A stretch of DNA of 64,000 nucleotides from Eledone cirrhosa (taxonomy: Eukaryota). Below, one piece after another: positions 57,434-64,000 of this stretch; the first letter of the stretch is position 1, and each line of letters starts with the position of its first letter. Location of the stretch: positions 349,618,001 through 349,682,000 of the forward strand of contig OZ024741.1 in the NCBI GenBank assembly GCA_964016885.1. The letters run 5' to 3'. The notes under the pieces are model-generated. The model saw nothing but the letters and a program-made list of their open reading frames with translations. It was not told the origin of the DNA and did not search any database. The position numbers and the translations under genes are program-made.

Positions 57434-57437
<4 letters not shown>
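55387..57437 (+). mobile_element. 5'-truncated Penelope-like retroelement with ~500-bp inverted pLTR arms
   Basis: 55387-55885 is the reverse complement of 56853-57350; encloses a GIY-YIG ORF; decayed HHR-like cagaaga-tccc..gggt-gaaa near 57281-57304; (TA)n flanks. Confidence 0.85.
55832..56338 (+). CDS. GIY-YIG endonuclease domain of a Penelope-like element (Naiad-like, tentative)
   Basis: CNCR..DCPLSGKC, NIVYKC (GIY), AYIGLT (YIG), FKQR, CDLC..E, LNKKSE motifs; no internal stop. Confidence 0.85.
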   Translation: MNLRFRVKNKVNKYNTEVVSTNCNCRNRVDCPLSGKCLSSNIVYKCKVVTPTSRRAYIGLTANRFKQRLYMHTHSFRYPLRRNKTSLSAYMWSLKDNHTQYKLHWEILARARSYNGNKRPCDLCAAEALEILYATDNILNKKSEAISACKHKLHKTFLYYSPTLYPNG

Positions 57438-57513
<76 letters not shown>

Positions 57514-57789
57514 AGAGAGAGAGAGTGTGAGAGAGAGAAGTTTGTGTATGCATGCACATATTCATACATATACACATATATATATGCACTCATAGCTGTA
57601 TGTATAGGAATATATGTGTTTCTATACCACTTGTATGTGGAGGATTGAAGAGAAAATACCTAATGGGAAAACAAATAAAATTACAAATACTCATTAAACG
57701 GAATAGAAGAAAGAGAGAGGGGTGGCAATAATGAAAGCGAAGGAGAGTGATTGAGAAGGAAATATGATGGGAAATATTCGAGACTAAAG

Positions 57790-59250
57790 AGCAACAATGG
57801 TACAAAATCCCTGAGAGGTTCGTGAAACACTCCTTCCAGCCGGTACTGTCAAAAACACTCCTGAAATACTCCTTCCAGCTGGTACTGTCAGAGGCAAGCG
57901 CCTCTAGTTGATCCAGCTGGATCCCCAAGCGAGACCAGCCCACTTCATGTCTATCGCTGCCACTCGGTGTCTATCGCTGGGTTTCGTACCCGTTGGTTTT
58001 GCCAGTAAAATCTGCCCAGTTTTTATTCTGAGACATTCTAAAAACATGTCCGTAATATCGGAGCTGTTATTTCTCAATTCGGAGAAATATCGACTCTACC
58101 TGGAGTGAATCTCTTATCTACGAATTACGCACTTTATCAAGCAACGTTACTTAAAAGACCTTTTGGAGGAACCCCCATTTCAGCTGCTTCTAATCCCGAT
58201 TGCATTATATCGGTCATTACTCAAGATTGATCTAGGTAAGGTTGGCACGAACACCGAATTGAAGATAATGAGTTTAGCTTTTACTCATACGTCCTTTCTT
58301 CTGATTGCTGAATGCTGATGAAGCTAGCTCATTAATGCTCCAGCTCCTGCAATTCCTGCACTTAATTCAGCCTCCTGTCTTCCATCACGCGTGAATACGG
58401 CCCCGAGATATTTGAACTTCTCTACCTGCTTCCGTGGAACTCTATTCACATGTAGAGTGCACTGCACAGGCTCCCTGAGATGGCGGGTATCTGTCTTTGC
58501 AGAACTCTTTTCATTCCAGCCGTGCAGCACTCCACATGAGATCTATTAAATGCATGTCCCAATTGCCATTGCTTAGGTGTCTTTCCAAAGGTAAAGGTCA
58601 CCCGGCACACAGGAGTCAGCCAGAGAACATTTTTTCTCTTTAAAGCTTTTAACAAACTCAGGCTGAATTTCATCCTTTCCAGCGGTCTTTCATTTGAGCT
58701 CTTTAACTGCTCTGGTGACCTAGAGATTAGTCATCGCTCCCAGATGCACCTCATAGACATCAGGTGATGTTGCTGCGATCGGGTTTAGGAGATCAGCAAA
58801 GTATTCTCTCCTCCTCACTAGGAAGCAACTCTCTGAAAAGAGAACCCCAGGCACATTCCTGATAGCAGGTATAGAGGAATACTTATTACGAAATCAGCTG
58901 ATGGTCTGCCAGAACACCTTATTTGCTTATCTGAAGTCGGAATTCAACTTAACTCCAAAGTCCTCCCGTGTCTTAACTTTGGACGTCTGTACTGTCTCTG
59001 CTGTGACCTTTCGCGTCTACTTGTACCACAAATGCCGGAAGGAGGATTTATTTTTAAACCAAGCTTTGTAGGCCTCCTCTTTACTCGGATGGCATATTTG
59101 ACCTTTTGATTGAATTAAGGGGTCCTCCTGCCACCCAATGCCATGCCAGGCCTCTTTTTCCCGCATCATTTAATAGCTGAAAGAGAAACTGACGAGCTGA
59201 ACAGTCTTCACTCTGTTTCAACATCCTCTGTTTTCTCAGGGAGTTCTCTC
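57790..59250 (-). mobile_element. Decayed RTE-clade LINE
   Basis: VEKFKYLGAVFTRDGRQE and GWSRLGIQ..LEALASD motifs. Confidence 0.72.
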
Positions 59251-59264
59251 TGAATTTGGATTCA

Positions 59265-59439
59265 ATAATTGTTTCTACTTTAGGCACAAGGCCAGCAATT
59301 ACCCAGTGCATTACTGGTACTTTATTTTATCGACCCCGTAAGGATGAAAGGCAAAGTCAACCTCGGCGGGATTTGAACTCAGATCGTAAAGGGACGTAAC
59401 TATGCTGGAAAGCATGGCGTCCGACCCTCTACCGATATT
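59265..59439 (-). mobile_element. SINE with 19-bp TSD
   Basis: tgaatttggattcaataat at 59251-59269 and 59440-59458. Confidence 0.88.
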
Positions 59440-59459
59440 TGAATTTGGATTCAATAATA

Positions 59460-61870
59460 TCTGTATACCTGTCGGCAAAAAGTGCAAAAGTCAAAATATA
59501 TGAGAACAGAGTTAGCCAGTATAGACAAAACCGCACGTTCAACAACAATGAGAAAGGAGGTATATGAACAAACGCACCAACAACCTGATTTGATTATCTC
59601 TGTTGAGATGGTATGCAGAGAAGGATATTGGACTAAGAGTATAATGTCTCTCCATCCGATACTCTCAGCCATGTTCAATGACTGCTTAGTGTCGGCTGAA
59701 GTAACACAGTCTTTGACAAAAGGTATCACGGTTCTAATAATTGTTTCTACTCTTGGCACAAGGCCAGCAATTAATCAGTGCATTACTGGTATTTTATTTT
59801 ATCGATCCCGTGAAAGGCAAAGTTAACCTCGGAGGGATTTGAACTCAGAATGGCAAGGGCCGTAACTTTATGCGTCAAAGCATGGCGTTCGACCCTCTAC
59901 CGATACTGCCAATAGTTCTAATAATTGTTTCTACTTTTGGCACAAGGCCAGCAATTACCCAGTGCATTACTGGTACTTTATTTTATCTACCCGTAAGGAT
60001 GAAAGGCAAAGTTCACCTTTGGTTCTAATAATTGATCATCTACTTTTGGCACAAGGCCAGCAATTACCCAGTGCATTACTGGTACTTTATTTTATCTACC
60101 CGTAAGGATGAAAGGCAAAGTTCACCTTTGGTTCTAATAATTGATCATCTACTTTTGGCACAAGGCCAGCAATTACCCAGTGCATTACTGGTACTTTATT
60201 TTATCTACCCCGTAAGGATGACAGGCAAAGTTCACCTTGGCGGGATTTGAACTCAGACCGTAAAGGGACGTAATTATGCTGGAAAGCATGGCGTCCGACC
60301 TTCTACTGATACTGCCAATCCCCCGCCGACAGGCAAAGTTCACCTTTGGTTCTAATAATGAAAGACCAAGTAAAGAGAAATGATGTTATCCACAATAGGC
60401 CTATCGCGTGTCTGTCATTGATGTGGAAATTACCAACAAGCATTACGTCTGAGGAAATCTATCACCCCCTCGACATAAACAACTTATTGCTGGGGGAACA
60501 GAAAGTATGCCGAAAGTAGTCCCGTGGTACAAAAGACCAATTACTTATTTACAAGATAATAATAAGGAACTCCAAGAGGAGGTATACTGATCTTTCCATG
60601 GGATGGATAGATTATAAGAAGTTTTCTACATGGTTCCTCATTCTTGGATAACTAAGTGTCTGGAAATCTTCAAGGTGGCGGAAAACATCAGACTGCTATT
60701 AAGTAGTAGCACGAAGACCTGGAAGACAAAGCTAACATCAGTGGGAGAATCCTTAGAGGGAGCTAAAATCAAGTGAGATAGCTTCCAAGGAGTTAGTGTG
60801 TCTCCTTTATTGTTTGTCCTTACCCTTGTACTCTTGTCCCTCGAATTGCGAAGAGGGGAGGAAGGATACGAACTGGGAAGAGGAGAGTTTACTATCAATC
60901 ACCTCCTCTTCATGGACGACCTAAAACTCTTTGGGAAGAGCGAGAAGGATTTAGATGTACTTGCTAAGACTGTTTGTATTTTCAGGAATGATATATCTAT
61001 GGAATTTGGTTTTAATACGTGTGGAGTCTTAGAGATGACGAGGGGTAAATTGGAGAGAAGCAAAGGAATCGATATACCAACAGGTGAGGGGATAAAGGAG
61101 ATTGACACCGAAGAGGGATATAGGTATTTGAGTGTTTTCGAAGTCAGATAACATCAACGGCAATAAAATGAAAGGATGATCAGATCTGAATATATAAGGA
61201 GAGTAAGGAACATATTAAAATCACATCTGAATAGTAGAAATGCTATAAGTGCAGTAAATTCCCGAGATTTTTTATTTGGTACAGTGCGAGGATTCTTAAA
61301 TGGAATGTAAACGAGCAAAAAAGACTGGTTAGAAAGACAAGGCAATTAATGACTACAGTATGTTTCATAAGAAGGGTTATGTTGATAGACTGTACTTAAG
61401 GAAATCTGAAGGTGGAAGAGGTCTTATCACCATGGAGGACTGTGTTCAGGTGGAGAGGAGCTATTTACACAAATATGTGTCTGAGAGTAACGAGCCAATG
61501 TTTAAGGCTGTATTGAAAAAGACAATAGACTGGGGGGGGGTCCAAGAAAGAAGTAACAACAAAGAGGAAGAACAACCTGAATGAAAAATCTTTCATAGCA
61601 TCTTTTTGAATAAAACAGATTTCAGTGATCCGCAGACATGGAACTGGTTAAAAAGGGGGACCTTAAGAAAGCTACAAAGGTAATGCTACTGGCTGTGGCT
61701 CACATCGTATCCTCGTTTAATCACCTAGGCCTCGCCTGTTGGTTTTCGACAAGGAAAAAAGGTCTTGCTTCATTATAGATATAGCCTGCTTCTTTGATAC
61801 AAGAGTGCAAAAAAAAGGAAAAGGAAAAAATTAACCGGTATCAGGATCTAAAGTATGAACTGAAAAGGAT
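59460..61870 (+). mobile_element. Decayed R4/Dong-clade LINE interrupted by a SINE array
   Basis: KGITVLI|MKD..RPIACLSLMWK, SPLLFVL, INHLLFMDDLKLFGK, VDRLYLRKSEGGRGL. Confidence 0.8.
59731..60360 (-). mobile_element. Tandem SINE array
   Basis: Four SINE units, each preceded by gttctaataat, which recurs once more at the right end. Confidence 0.85.
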
Positions 61871-62127
61871 GTCCTCATCTTCATGGAAATACTAGAATTT
61901 CTAAGGCTGGGAACGGAAGGACCCACCGTTACGTCCTGAATATTTGAGGCTGCATGTAGCGGCTTGATTTTCATTAGAGCAAAGTTTCCGGTTAAATAAG
62001 ATTAATGAGTGAGATATTAAATTAATAATAATAATAATTGTTTCTACTTTAGGCACAAGGCCAGCAATTACCCAGTGCATTACTGGTACTTTATTTTATC
62101 GACCCCGTAAGGATGAAAGGCAAACTC

Positions 62128-62177
<50 letters not shown>

Positions 62178-62179
<2 letters not shown>

Positions 62180-64000
62180 CTTCCTTTATTAACCACAAGG
62201 GTTTACATAAAGTAGACATTAAGGACAGTACAGGACAATACAGGGCGGTACAAATGGGCATTTCTGCGTGTAAAAAACAAAAACAGAGGATGTAACAAAA
62301 AATAACAATGAAAAATTCCCCAGTAGGTGGGAGACTTCGGAGGGACATTTGTGGAGAAAGCCCAGTAAAAGGCCACAGTGACCCTGACCACCAAGGCAAG
62401 TGTCCTCTCCCAGTTTTCCACTTTTAATTTACAGATACGTACTCAGAGTAGGCCCATTCACTCGGGCTATTCTTCCTTCTCTCACCCATCTTTCAACAAA
62501 ATGCTGGGAAGAGAGCACTTCCCTCTCTACTCTGATTTTCCTTTTCAAATGAAATTTGAAAAAATCAATCAGGGCATCACCAAAGAGGTAAGTGCTCGTC
62601 TTCAGCCCTTTCAAACGTGTCCACCATACTATCTCTTTCGCCATGGCCACCAGACAGATAAAAACTGCCTGCCCTTCCCGGCTAAAGGAAGAGGGCGGGG
62701 CAATCCTCACGATGGACTCAGATGATAGCCGGATCCGTCCTACACACGACAGCAGGTGTTCGACATAAACCCACAAGTCAGCAATTTTCGGACAGTGGAC
62801 GAGTGCGTGCAGGACGATTTCGTCGCCCTGTGCGCATCTCGGACTTGCCCGGCTGACGGCACCTCCATGCCTGTAGAGTTTATCCCGAACTGGCAAGGCT
62901 CCTCGGTAGCACTGCCAGGCCAGAGATTTCTGGAAGTTGTCCATAGGTCCCGGCCCGAAAGTTCTTCCGAAGAGATTGGCTAGTTGATTTTCGTCGACGC
63001 CTAGAGATTCCCCAAGTACGTCGTCGCTCTTCCCCTCCACTAATCCTCTATAGAACGCCGAGGTGGAGTTTCCACCGATCACATTGCCCGATTGGTCGAG
63101 GGCTGTGAGCGCCTGAAGACATTGCAGTCTCCAGGCGCTCCCTCTCAGTCTTCGCTTGACCCAGGACTGCAGCTCCGTCGAGGAAACGAGCTGGGGAAAT
63201 ACGTGTCTAGCAAACGGCGACCACACCTGATCACCGTCGAGGAAGAAAGAGGAGGAGATGTCGTAGCCTGAGCGCGTGTCTACGCATCATCAGCCACGGC
63301 ATTCCCAGCCCTCCACGTAGCGGGTGTTGACAGCAGATGGACTACCTGACCATCGGAGCGCGTCCCTTCCACAAACGCTCCAGCGCAGTCAGGCGGGGCT
63401 TAGGACAAGGTACAACGGTCAGGCGGTAGCAGATGACAGACGCGATGTACACGTTAGCCACCTCCGCTCGACCTTCCAGGGATAGCTTCCTCTCCGCCCA
63501 TTTCTGAGTGAGAGAAGCCACCCTGCTCGTCAGCTCGTCCCAGTTTTTGACCGTCTGGAGGTCCGGACCGAACCAGACCCCTAGCAATTTAACCGGTCCG
63601 TCCGTCCAGCGTCCGACGACGCTGTTGGACGGCATGGACCTGCCTCTCCAGGTGCCGAGCTGCAGGCCCACTGACTTTTCCTGGTTGATCATTGCTCCTG
63701 TCACCGCTTCGTATTCTCTTAGTGTAGTGTCGATCACCTCGATGTGTTTGGCCTTCGACACCACTACGGTGACATCGTCCGCATATGCTGACACGGATCT
63801 TCCGCATCCTAGTTCGCGCGGGACGCCCCTCAACGTCTCCAGTTTGTGCAGTAATGGCTCGAGAGTCAATACGTACAAGAGGGACGAGAGGGGACATCCT
63901 TGGCGGACCGAGCGCATGATGTTGAACGGTTCCGAAAGGTGACCGTTCACTCTCACCACAGAGCAGATGTCGCTGTGCATGGCAGCGATCCAGCCTCTGA
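62178..64000 (-). mobile_element. Tx1/L1-clade LINE, RT and 3' end (continues beyond window)
   Basis: SVRQGCPLS, AYADDV, degenerate C-terminal Cys/His region; AATAAA followed by a (TTA)n tail; truncates a SINE. Confidence 0.9.

Noticed and set aside
59914-60360. CRISPR-like regular repeats
   Set aside because: Units are SINE fragments without unique spacers, in a eukaryotic context with no cas genes.

Overview
Very AT-rich, microsatellite-laden animal DNA; the repeat content resembles an octopus-type cephalopod genome (inference). The only host gene I can support is the 3' part of an MMP21-like matrix metalloproteinase on the + strand, as four spliceable exons (18695-18991, 20088-20342, 23315-23490, 32000-32332). 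The rest is repeats: many copies of a tRNA-derived SINE, decayed LINEs (Tx1/L1, R4/Dong, RTE-group), a Chapaev3-like transposon relic, a hAT MITE and a Penelope-like (PLE) GIY-YIG fragment. The main unannotated signal is roughly 15-20 type I hammerhead ribozyme (HHR) motifs, intact or decayed, from several sequence families. They sit in short non-coding fold-back or tandem units, most of them bordered by (TA)n arrays, which suggests a retrozyme-like non-autonomous Penelope system. Highlights are a tandem HHR pair 502 nt apart, a compensatory U3-A8 core variant, a 168-aa GIY-YIG ORF given an in-frame ATG by an inversion, and a ~3-kb palindrome whose left arm preserves the empty site of a twin-primed LINE. 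All folds and alignments were done by eye; repeat boundaries are approximate.
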